Assembly: GCF_963921235.1 (NCBI RefSeq)
Contig: NC_086097.1
Location: 137,702,001-137,766,000 of the forward strand
DNA: 64,000 nucleotides
DNA from: Mobula hypostoma
Taxonomy: Eukaryota
Direction: 5' to 3'
Positions 39,446 to 50,373 of the stretch are shown here, one piece after another (the stretch's first letter is position 1; every line of letters begins with the position of its first letter). A program made the position numbers and the translations under genes. The notes below the pieces were generated by a model. That model saw nothing but the letters and a program-made list of their open reading frames with translations, was not told the origin of the DNA and did no database searches.

Positions 39446-41945
39446 CTCCTCAAAATCCATCACTCCAACCAACCCCGTCACTCCTCAAAACCCATCACCC
39501 CAACCAACCGTCACTCCTCGAAACCCATCACTCCAACCAACCCCGTCACTCCTCAAAATCCATCACTCCAACCAACCCCGTCACTCCTCAAAACCCATCA
39601 CCCCAACCAACCGTCACTCCTCGAAACCCATCACTCCAACCAACCCCGTCACTCCTCAAAACCCATCACCCCAACCAACCGTCACTCAAAACCCATCACC
39701 CCAACCAACCGTCACTCCTCGAAACCCATCACTCCAACCAACCCCGTCACTCCTCAAAATCCATCACTCCAACCAACCCCGTCACTCCTCAAAACCCATC
39801 ACCCCAACCAACCGTCACTCCTCGAAACCCATCACTCCAACCAACCCCGTCACTCCTCAAAACCCATCACCCCAACCAACCGTCACTCCTCGAAACCCAT
39901 CACTCCAACCAACCCCGTCACTCCTCAAAACCCATCACCCCAACCAACCGTCACTCCTCGAAACCCATCACTCCAACCAACCCCGTCACTCCTCAAAACC
40001 CATCACCCCAACCAACCGTCACTCCTCGAAACCCATCACTCCAACCAACCCCGTCACTCCTCGAAACCCATCACCCCAACCAACCGTCACTCCTCGAAAC
40101 CCATCACTCCAACCAACCCCGTCACTCCTCAAAACCCATCACCCCAACCAACCGTCACTCCTCGAAACCCATCACTCCAACCAACCCCGTCACTCCTCAA
40201 AATCCATCACTCCAACCAACCCCGTCACTCCTCAAAACCCATCACCCCAACCAACCGTCACTCCTCGAAACCCATCACTCCAACCAACCCCGTCACTCCT
40301 CGAAACCCATCACTCCAACCAACCCCGTCACTCCTCAAAACCCATCACTCCAACCAACCCCGTCACTCCTCAAAACCCATCACCCCAACCAACCCCGTCA
40401 CTCCTCGAAACCCATCACTCCAACCAACCCCGTCACTCCTCGAAACCCATCACTCCAACCAACCCCGTCACTCCTCAAAACCCATCACCCCAACCAACCG
40501 TCACTCCTCGAAACCCATCACTCCAACCAACCCCGCCACTCCTCAAAACCCATCACCCCAACCAACCGTCACTCCTCGAAACCCATCACTCCAACCAACC
40601 CCGTCACTCCTCAAAACCCATCACCCCAACCAACCGTCACTCCTCGAAACCCATCACTCCAACCAACCCCGTCACTCCTCGAAACCCATCACTCCAACCA
40701 ACCCCGTCACTCCTCAAAACCCATCACCCCAACCAACTGTCACTCCTCGAAACCCATCACCCCAACCAACCCCGTCACTCCTCGAAACCCATCACTCCAA
40801 CCAACCCCGTCACTCCTCAAAACCCATCACCCCAACCAACCGTCACTCCTCGAAACCCATCACTCCAACCAACCCTGTCACTCCTCGAAACCCATCACTC
40901 CAACCAACCCCGTCACTCCTCGAAACCCATCACTCCAACCAACCCCGTCACTCCTCAAAACCCATCACCCCAACCAACCGTCACTCCTCGAAACCCATCA
41001 CTCCAACCAACCCCGTCACTCCTCGAAACCCATCACCCCAACCAACCGTCACTCCTCGAAACCCATCACTCCAACCAACCCCGTCACTCCTCAAAACCCA
41101 TCACTCCAACCAACCCCGTCACTCCTCAAAACCCATCACCCCAACCAACCGTCACTCCTCGAAACCCATCACTCCAACCAACCCCGTCACGCCTCGAAAC
41201 CCATCACTCCAACCAACCCCGTCACTCCTCGAAACCCATCACTCCAACCAACACCGTCACTCCTCGAAACCCATCACTCCAACCAACCCCATCACTCCAA
41301 CCAACCCCGTCACTCCTCAAAACCCATCACCCCAACCAACCGTCACTCCTCGAAACCCATCACTCCAACCCCGTCACTCCTCGAAACCCATCACTCCAAC
41401 CAACCCCGTCACTCCTCAAAACCCATCACCCCAACCAACCGTCACTCCTCGAAACCCATCACTCCAACCAACCCCGTCACTCCTCGAAACCCATCACTCC
41501 AACCAACCCCGTCACTCCTCGAAACCCATCACTCCAACCAACCCCGTCACTCCTCGAAACCCATCACTCCAACCAACCCCGTCACTCCTCAAAACCCATC
41601 ACTCCAACCAACCCTGTCACTCCTCAAAACCCATCACTCCAACCAACACCGTCACTCCTCAAAACCCATCACTCCAACCAACACCGTCACTCCTCAAAAC
41701 CCATCACTCCAACCAACCCGTCACTCCTCAAAACCCATCACTCCAACCAACCCCGTCACTCCTCAAAACCCATCACTCCAACCAACCCCGTCACTCCTCA
41801 AAACCCATCACTCCAACCAACCCCGTCACTCCTCAAAACCCATCACTCCAACCAACCCCGTCACTCCTCAAAACCCATCACTCCAACCAACCCCGTCACT
41901 CCTCAAAACCCATCATTCCAACCAACACCGTCACTCTCAAAACCC
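39446..41945. repeat. 2.5-kb minisatellite of 35-bp and 33-bp units (about 70 copies)
   Basis: Units AAACCCATCACTCCAACCAACCCCGTCACTCCTC(A/G) and AAACCCATCACCCCAACCAACCGTCACTCCTCG. Confidence 0.97.
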
Positions 41946-42072
41946 TCGGCTGTTCGTCTAATATCGTCCATTGTCAGATACATTGGAGTCATTTGGGGGT
42001 GAGCTACCACATTAATGGTGCCACATAAATGCAAATTACTGATTTTGTTGTAGGATGACAAAGTTAGAGGCA

Positions 42073-45000
42073 CCATAAGACATAGAAGCAGAATTAGGCT
42101 ATTTGGCCCATCGAGTCTGCTCCACCATTTCATCAGGGCTGATCCAATTTTCCTCTCAGCCCCAATTTCCTGCCTCCCCAGATCTCTTCATGCCCTGACC
42201 AATTAAGAATCTATCAACCTCTGCCTTAAATATACATAAAGACTTGACCTCCATTGCTGCCTGTGGCAAAGAATTCCACAGATTCACCTCTTTCTGGCTA
42301 AAGAAATTCCTTCTAATCTCCGTTCTAAAAGGACACCGCTCTATTCGGGGCCTGTGTCCTCTGGTCTTAGACACTCTCACCATAGGAAACATCTCCTCCA
42401 CATCCACTCTATCAAGGCCTTTCACCATTTGATAGGTTTCAATGAGGTCATTCTTCTAAATTCTAGTGAATATAGGCCCACAGCCATCAAACACTCCTCA
42501 TACAACAATCCTTTCATTCCTGGAATCATTTTTGTGAACCTTCTTTAAAGCCTCTCCAGTTTCAGCACATCCTGTCTAAGATAAGGGGCCCAAAACTGCT
42601 CACAATACTCCAAGTGAGGCCTCACCAGTGCTTTATAAAGTCTCAACATTACATTTTTGCTTTTATATTCTAGTCCTCTTGACATTAATACAAACATTGC
42701 ACTTGTCTTCCTCACCACAGACTCAACCTGCAAATTAACCTTTAGGGAATCCTGCACAAGGACTCCCTAGTCCCTTTGACCTCAGTTTTTTGTATTTTCT
42801 CTCCATTTAGAAAATAGTCATCATCTCATTTCTCCTACCAAAGTGCATGACCATACACTTCATGACACTGTATTCCATCTGCCCCTTCTTTGCTCATTCT
42901 CCTAATCTAAGACCTTCTGTAGCCTCTCTACTTCCTTAAAACTACCTGCCCCTCCACCTTCCTATCGTCTGCAAAGCCATCAATTCCATCATCCAAATAA
43001 TTGACATACAACATAAAAAGAATCAATTCCAACACAGACCCCTGTGGACCACCACTAGTCATCGGCAGCCTACCAAAAAAGGCCCCTTTTATTCCCACTT
43101 TTTGCCTCCTGCCAATCAGCCACTGCTTTATCCATGCTAGAAACTTTTCTGTAATACCATGGGCTCGTAACTTGTCAAGCAGCCTCTTGTGTGGCACCTT
43201 ATCAAAGGCCTTCTAGAAATCCAAGTACACAACATCAACCAATTCTCCTTTGCCTATTCTGCTTGTTATTTCTTCAAAGAATTCCAATAGATTGGGCTGG
43301 CAAGATTTATCCTTGAGGAAAGGATAATGACTACGGTCTATTCTATCATGTGCTTCCAAGAACCCTGAAATCTCATGCTTAATAGATGCCAACATCTTCC
43401 CAACCACTGAGGTCAGACTAAACTGGTCTATAGTTTCCTTTCTTCTGCCTCTCACCCTTCTGGAACAGTGGAGTGACATTTACAATTTTCCAGTCTTCTG
43501 AAGCCATTCCAGAATCTAGTAATTCCTGAAACAGCATTACTAATGCCCCCACAATCTCTTCAGCTTTTTCTTTCAGAACTCTGGGGTGTACAACATCTGG
43601 TCCCAGTGACTTATCTACCTTCAGACTTTTAAGTTTCCTAAGACCCTCCTCTTTAGTAATGGTAACTTCACACACCCCATGACCCGACACCTGGAACTTC
43701 CACCAAATCTCTTAGTGTCTTCCACAGTGAAGACTGATGCAAAATGTTTATTTAGTTTGTCTGCCAATTTCCTTGTCCCCCATTACTACCTCTCCAGCAT
43801 CACTTTCAAGCAGTTGGATAGCCACCCTCACCTCTTCTTACACTTCATGCATCTGAAGAAACTTCTGGGATCCTCTTTAATATTACTGGTGAGCTTATTT
43901 TCACATTCCATGTTTATCTTCTTAAATGACTTAATTCACTTGCCTTCTGTTGGTCTTAAAGTCTTCCCAAAACTTCCCACTAATTTTTGCTCTATTATAT
44001 GCCTCTTTGGCTTTTATGTTGGCTTTCACTTCCCTTGTTAGCCATGGTAATGTCATCTTGCCTTTAGAATACTTCTTCCTCTTTGGGATGTATATATTCT
44101 GTGCATTCCAAATTGCTTTCAGAAATTCCAGCCATTGCTGCTCTGCCATCATCCCTGCCAGTGTTCTTTTCCAATCAATTCTGGTCAACTCCTCTCTCAT
44201 GCCTCTGCAACTCTCTTTACTCCTCTGTAACACTGATTCATCAGACTTTTACTTCGTCCTTCTCAAATTTCAGGGTCAATTTGATCATATTATGACCAAT
44301 TTTCCCCAAGGGTTCTTCTTTCTTAAGCTCTCTAATCAATTCTGGTTCATTGCACAACACCCAATCCAGAATAGCTGATCCTCTAGTGGGCTCAACCACG
44401 AGCCTCTCTAAATCTCCATCTTGTAGGCATTCTAAAAATTCCCCCTCCTGGAATCTAACACCAACCTTTTTTCCCCAATCTACCTGCATATTGAGATCCC
44501 GCAAAACTGTTGTAACATTGCCCTTTTGGCATGCATTTTCTTATCTCCCATTGTAACTTGTAGACCACAACCTTACTAGTGTTTGGGGGTCTGTATACAA
44601 CTCCCATCGGGGTCTTTTACCTTTGCAGTTATCCACAATGATTCAACACCTTCTGACCCTATGTCGTCTCTTTCTAATGATTTGATTTAGTTTTTTACCA
44701 AAAGAGCAACCATGCAACCACTGCCTTCCTGCCTGTCCTTTTGATACAATGTGTATCCTTGGACATTAAGCTCCCAGCTATAATATTCTTTCAGCCATGA
44801 TTCAGTGATGCCTGCAATATCACGCTTATCTGTAACTCTGCTACAAGTTCATCTATCTTATTCTGCATACTGCGCACATTCAAAGATAACAACTTCAAGT
44901 CCTGTATTCACCCTTTTCCATTTTGTCTGCCTTTTATGTTGCAACTCATCCTGACTGCAATTTTGCCCTATCAACAGCCTCTCCTCACTACACATTGCCT

Positions 45001-46190
45001 CTGTTGTAAACCAGCTACCCCATCTTCACCACTATCACTCTGGTTCCCACACCCCTGTCAAATTAGTTTAAACCCTCCCAAACAATTTAAGCTAACCTGC
45101 CCGCAAGGGTATCGGACTCCCTTCGGTTTAGCTGTAGAGGTCATACCTTCCCCGAAAGAGGTCCCAATGATCCATAAATCTGACGCCCTGTCCCCCGAAC
45201 CAGTTCCTTAGCCACGCATCCACCTGGTAAATCGTCCTATTCCTAACCTCACTGGCACATGGCATGGGCAGCAATCCAGAGATTTCCACTCTGGAGATCC
45301 TGTACCTCAGCTTTCTACCCAACTCTCTAAAATCTATCTTCAGGACCCCTCACCTCATCTACCTATGTCATCGGTGCCAATACACAGCAAGACTTCCGGC
45401 TGTCCACCCTCACCCTTGAGGGAATGCCATGGACCCGATCCGAGACATCCCTGATTCTGGCACCAGGGTGGCAACGTACCACTGAGTGCCCCTATTGGAC
45501 CCACAGAACCTCGTCACTGTTCCTCTGACTACAGAATCTCTGATCAATACCGCAGTCCTCTTCACCTCTCTGCTGACTGCGTCAGAGACTCCGTCACGGT
45601 GGTCACCCCCTCGATATTACCTACACTTGTACACTTGTTATTGAGAGGAATGGCCACAGATTTACTCTGCACTGGATGTGCATTTCCCCTCCTCCTCCTG
45701 ACAGTCATCCAGTTACCTCTCTCCTGCAAACTAGAGGTGACTAATTCCCTGTAGCTCCTCTCTATCACCTCCTCATCCTCCCGCATGAGTCGAAGGTCAT
45801 CGAGCTGCAGCTCCAGTTCCTTAATACATTCTCTCAGGAGCTGCAGCTCGCTGCACCTGGTGCAGCCATGGTTATCTGGGAGACTAGACGTCTCCCAGAC
45901 TTCCCACATCCCACACGCAGTACAAAACGCTACCCCGGGAGCTATTCTCAGTAATCTATTATGCCCTATAATAGACCATGAATGAACAAAGAAGGACAGA
46001 GTGAGAGTAACTTGCAAGACAACCCACCTCCCCCAGGCCCGATGAGCCAAAGCCACTCTGAACACGGGCACACTCACAGGAACGGCCATTCCACTTGCAC
46101 CGGCGCCATTTTAATGGGCTCTTTTTAATGAATTGGTTGCTCCTCAACTCAGAGAAGCCACCGTGAAGCTCTGCCTTCAAAATCTCGATC
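42073..46190 (-). mobile_element. Near full-length CR1 LINE (ORF1 zinc finger, coiled coil, esterase-like domain; ORF2 endonuclease and RT), inactivated by frameshifts and stops
   Basis: CTACGMWE...CTRCSELQLL; ISGLLP...WLRNW...FMDHW; DLNMQVDW, LDWVLCNE; RT motifs; TCTTATGG tail at 42073. Confidence 0.95.
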
Positions 46191-46321
46191 ACCTTCCCGA
46201 CTGAAAGCTAGCTCTTACTACGCATCCCTGACGTCGGTTATCCCTCCCAACCCATTCTCTTGCCTCCTCCCCACAAACCTTTTGACACTGTTAAGAGAGT
46301 GAAAGACACCAAGAATCTTAC

Positions 46322-47029
46322 CTCTTCTTTCTTCAAATCTTTATCTACATGCTCTTCAGGCAGATGATTTCTCTTCTGGGCCTCTTTGGCAACCTCGTGT
46401 GTGGAATATGCAGGCGGCAGTTGTCTCCCTGCATTGCTGGGGTACCGAACTGTTGTGGCAAGCTGGGCACCCAGCTCAAGGGGTGCCGATGGTTCAGTTG
46501 GCAGGGACACTATACTGGGAGGGCTGCGAGCCGGCCTCACGTGCTGCTCTTCTCCAGATTTATCGCTAGACAAGACCAACTTTGGGAAATGCCCAACCTC
46601 TTTGGGAGTGGTCTGCAAGCCGATTTTCAACTGGATCTGTCGGCAGCTGGGACAACAGCGGTGACGGATGGTTCCTTCCGCTAACACTGTGCGTTTCTTG
46701 GCGACGTGGTCTACGTGCTCGTGGTTGGTTACCATCGTCCTAATCCCTCCGACCCCGATGTTGCACAGTAACTTCTCCAGTCCCTCCATCGTGAGTGTAC
46801 CATTTTCACCATATTGACTGAACAGCTTGTGCAGGTAATACTTCTGCTCAAACTTTGCCTTGTGCCTGTCCATAGCCACAGACGTTGGATCTGGCTGCTC
46901 GATGTGGTTATGCTCGCCAAGCACAGGACATTCTGCATCATGATCGGCAAGGCCACTGCACTTGTTCCAAAGGAGGGTCAACAGGCATACCGAGAGAAAA
47001 CTGAGGGCACAAATCCTTCCTTCTGCCAT
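46322..47029 (-). CDS. SLC39A6: SLC39A6 first coding exon (signal peptide and ectodomain; exon begins at 47034)
   Basis: tttttggcag|GAGTAATG; GAG|gtaaga donor; 708 nt; EQKYYLHKLFSQYGENGTLTMEGLEKLL matches the LIV-1 family. Confidence 0.93.
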
Positions 47030-47088
47030 TACTCCTGCCAAAAAAAGGAGTGATTATACACACGCCGTCAGAGGAAATCCACAGTACA

Positions 47089-47227
47089 AGAGAAAATCTG
47101 CAGATGCTGGAAATCCGAGCAACACCCACAAAATGCTGGAGGAACTCAGCAGGCCAGTCAGAATCTATGGTTACTCTTTTCCGTAGATGCTGCCTGGCTT
47201 GCTGAGTTCCTCCGGCATTTTGTGTGT
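47089..47227. mobile_element. Palindromic Penelope-derived short element with the hammerhead part deleted
   Basis: Inverted arms with a one-sided CTGCAGATGCTGGAAATC extension, about 55 nt upstream of the SLC39A6 ATG-exon acceptor. Confidence 0.8.
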
Positions 47228-47958
47228 GAGGACTATAGTACAACAGTTTAAAGGGGCTTGCAACTTTCCAACAAATTCAGATTCTGGTAAAACGTTCAGA
47301 TCACCTGTTCCATTCACTTGTTGGGACGTTTTATTGGTACCTCAGATTCATATAAAGTTTATGGCACAGAAGTCCTTTATGTCAATTTTCAACTCCACCT
47401 TCCAGCAGGGGGTCCCTGACCCTGCAGAGTATAGCTCTTCAAGTACGTCTCCAATATTATCCGGGTGTGCTGAGGTGTTCTCACCCCTTCAGACAGCAAA
47501 TTCTAGATCCCCACCACTCTCCAGATCAATTTTGTTTCTTCGTCTCCGCTATAATTATTCTACAAATTACATCTATTCTGTCTGGCTTTTGATCCCTCCA
47601 CTCAGATATTTAGTTTACCTTAGTCCATCTAATAATTTTATACATCTAAATTAAACTTCTTCAAAAACAAAATGACCCAGTCTACCTTTCCTTAAAGCTA
47701 ATTCTTTTTCCCCCCAGCGATGTATCCAGTATACCTGATGCAGTGTTTTTATAAAGTGACCAGAATTGTATTCAATTTGTGACCAGCTACAGTTGTATTC
47801 AGGTCTAGCATGACCTTCTAGCTCTGTATTCTGTACCTCAGTTAATAAACGGAGCATTCTTATTAACCTTTGAGGATGTCCCCTGCTTCTGCACATCACT
47901 CAATATTCTGCCTCATACTTCTTCATGGAGTCACACAATGCAGTGGTGTCCTCCAGCC

Positions 47959-48554
47959 CAGATATCCCACCCTGCAAAAACTCATTTCAGGGAGGTAGCA
48001 CCCCCCTCCCCCGGTCGACCTCCAAGGGTGTATGCAATATTTTGTTTAGTGATTATGTCTAATCTGTAAACCAAGTTAGGTATATGCAGAAAATCTGACA
48101 TTAAAATAAGTACTTATACTATCATGTTTATTCTATTACAACTTGAAGCAAGTCTAAAGGGAATTTGGCCTCATCACATAGGACATCAATAGAGCAGCTA
48201 GCTAGCCAACCAGTTTAAATAACGTTAGCTATGCTAATGAACAGATGACACATGTTAAACTCACCTCAACAAGTCTTTTACATTTTAACCCATCATGGGC
48301 AATGGAAAAGTCACATGTTGTGAACAGTGCAGCGAGCAACACTGTCATTATTTTTGAGGTCCACCGTAAAGCCTGCCCACAGAGAAAACTGATAGGTCTA
48401 CTTAGCACGAAGAGAGACCGATCAGGATGCTCACTCTCCCACTCACTCTCAAAAAAATCGATTTCCGGGATATTGTATATAATTGCCCGGCATCAGGGAG
48501 CCTCTATCGACATGCGGGAGACTCCCGGAACTTCCAGGAGAGGTGGGATGTCTG
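47959..48554. mobile_element. Non-autonomous DNA transposon with a 6-bp TSD (hAT6-like)
   Basis: TIRs CAGATATCCCACC / GGTGGGATGTCTG; CCAGCC at 47953-47958 and 48555-48560; subterminal CGGGA repeats. Confidence 0.75.
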
Positions 48555-48979
48555 CCAGCCATTATGTTCATGCTACCTACTACACCCATCTACATTAATA
48601 CCTTTATTCTGCATTCTGCTACTGCATTTCCCCTGTAATCTCCGAAAACACTTATGTTTTGGATAGCAACACGCTTAAAAATCATTGCTGAACGCAGCAG
48701 GCCAGGCAGCATCTCTAGGAAGAGGAACAGGATATGTTTTGGATGGATAGCTTGCAGAGTTGTTTCTTCACTGTGCCTCAGTACATGTTTAACAATAAAA
48801 TACATTCTTCCGTGGGGGGTGGGGGAGTCTCCATTCTACTGCTCCCACCCCTATCAACTTTGTCAATCTGCATCGGCTCCTCACAGCCTCCGCTCCAGGG
48901 AACATCTGCTCGACCCCGTTGAGTACCCTCGAGGCCAGTTCCTCGTTAATGCCCTGCACTGATGCCATCTCTCCTCCCC

Positions 48980-49720
48980 TGAAGCCGGAATATCCGCAGC
49001 GCCCCGCGGAACTCCCCTTCAGGATCAGCGGGCACCAGCTGTAGCGCGGGATCTTTCACTGGGGACAGGCCGAGAATTTAGCCCATCTCCCCCTTCCCCT
49101 CCCCGGGACACCAAGGTGCGGGGCCCACCGCCGTCCTGGCCCGGCCCAGACCCACTGGACTGTAGGTGGAGACTGATTGCCGGGCTGCTACCACCATCCC
49201 AAGCCCCGACTCACCCTCGCCAGGCCCAGCCGACCCCAAGCGAAGAAACCGAAGCTCAAAGAGCGGGACCGCGATCGACTCTCACAGCCTGGGAGACGCG
49301 TCACGACTCCGTCCGAGCCGCTCAGCAGCCCCACCAAGTGGTGACGCCTGTAACAGCAGGAGCCGGTCACAACGCGCCTTTCCTGCTCAGCAGCCCCACC
49401 GAGTGGTGACGCCTGTAACAGCAGGAGCCGGTCACAACGCGCCTTTCCTGCTCAGCAGCCCCACCGAGTGGTGACGCCTGTAACAGCAGGAGCCGGTCAC
49501 AACGCGCCTTTCCTGCTCAGCAGCCCCACCGAGTGGTGACGCCTGTAACAGCAGGAGCCGGTCACAACGCGTCCCCTTTCCCCCTTGCTCAGCAGCCCCA
49601 CGTAGTGGTGACGCCTGTAACAGCAGGAGCCGGTCACAACGCGTCCCCTTTTCCCCTTGCTCAGCAGCCCCACCCAGTGGTGACGCCTGTAAGAGCAGGA
49701 GCCAGCCCTCTCCCGCGCTC
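48980..49720 (-). promoter_or_regulatory. SLC39A6 CpG-island promoter and probable non-coding exon 1
   Basis: CpG-rich island about 2 kb upstream of the ATG exon, which starts at a splice acceptor; candidate minus-strand donors AGG|GTGAGT after 49215 and GCT|GTGAGA after 49286. Confidence 0.7.
49321..49704. repeat. GC-rich promoter VNTR, 65/72-bp unit, about 5.6 copies
   Basis: CTCAGCAGCCCCACC.AGTGGTGACGCCTGTAACAGCAGGAGCCGGTCACAACGCG... starting at 49321, 49386, 49451, 49516, 49588 and 49660. Confidence 0.95.
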
Positions 49721-49756
49721 ATCAGCCCCATTGTGTGGCAGCATCCATTACAGAAG

Positions 49757-50373
49757 AACACACACAAAATTCTGGAGGAACTCAGCAGCCCAAAGGTAGT
49801 AACACACCTAAAAGTTGCTGGTGAACGCAGCAGGCCAGGCAGCATCTCAACAAGAGGGTACGAGGGAGAGGTGGGGCAATAGCGGAAGTTTCAGAAGTCA
49901 ATGTTCATGCCATCAGGTTGGAGGCTACCCAGATGGAATATAAGGTGTTGTTCCTCCAACCTGAGTGTGGCTTCATCTTCACAGTAGAGGAGGCTGTGGA
50001 TAGACATAGCTACTAGCTCTTCTTTCAGTTACTCTCGGCCCGAAACGTTGACTGTCCCTCTTCCTAGAGATGCTGCCTGGCCTGCTACGTTCACCAGCGA
50101 CTTTTATGTGTGTTGCTTGAAATTCCAGCATCTGCAGATTTCCTCGTGTTTGCAAGCCCAAAGGTAGCATCTATGGAAAAGAGTAAACAAGCTACGTTTC
50201 AGGCCAAGACCTTTCATCAGGACCAGAACAGAGTCCCAATGAAGGGTCTCGGCCTGAAATGACGACTGTTTACTCTTTTCCACAGATACTACCTGGCCTG
50301 CTGAGTTCCTCCAGCATTGTGTGTGTGTTGTTACTTTGGATTTCCAGCATTTGCAGATTTTTTCATGTTTGTG
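49757..50373. mobile_element. Nested Penelope-derived elements; the inner insert 49800-50154 carries a GIY-YIG C-terminal fragment
   Basis: 13-bp TSD AGCCCAAAGGTAG (49787-49799 and 50155-50167); minus-strand MSIHSLLYCEDEATLRLEEQHLIFHLGSLQPDGMNIDF at 50007-49894. Confidence 0.85.

Larger units (their letters stand above)
21181..47029 (-). other. SLC39A6: SLC39A6 (ZIP6/LIV-1) zinc importer, complete CDS span, 2154 nt / 717 aa
   Basis: Nine phase-compatible coding exons; signal peptide, CPALL motif, ZIP6-specific YVPRGCxNKCHSHFHDT and HHILHHHHHQNHHPHSH, HNFSDG and CHELPHEL motifs. Confidence 0.96.

Noticed and set aside
39152-42028. 958-aa and 879-aa Pro/Thr/Ser/His-rich ORFs resembling a mucin
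   Set aside because: They are stop-free readings of the 35/33-bp minisatellite, open in several frames, antisense within an intron and without gene structure.
21181-47029. Alternative identification as SLC39A10 (ZIP10)
   Set aside because: YVPRGCxNKCHSHFHDT, HHILHHHHHQNHHPHSH and GHYAENVS match ZIP6 rather than ZIP10.
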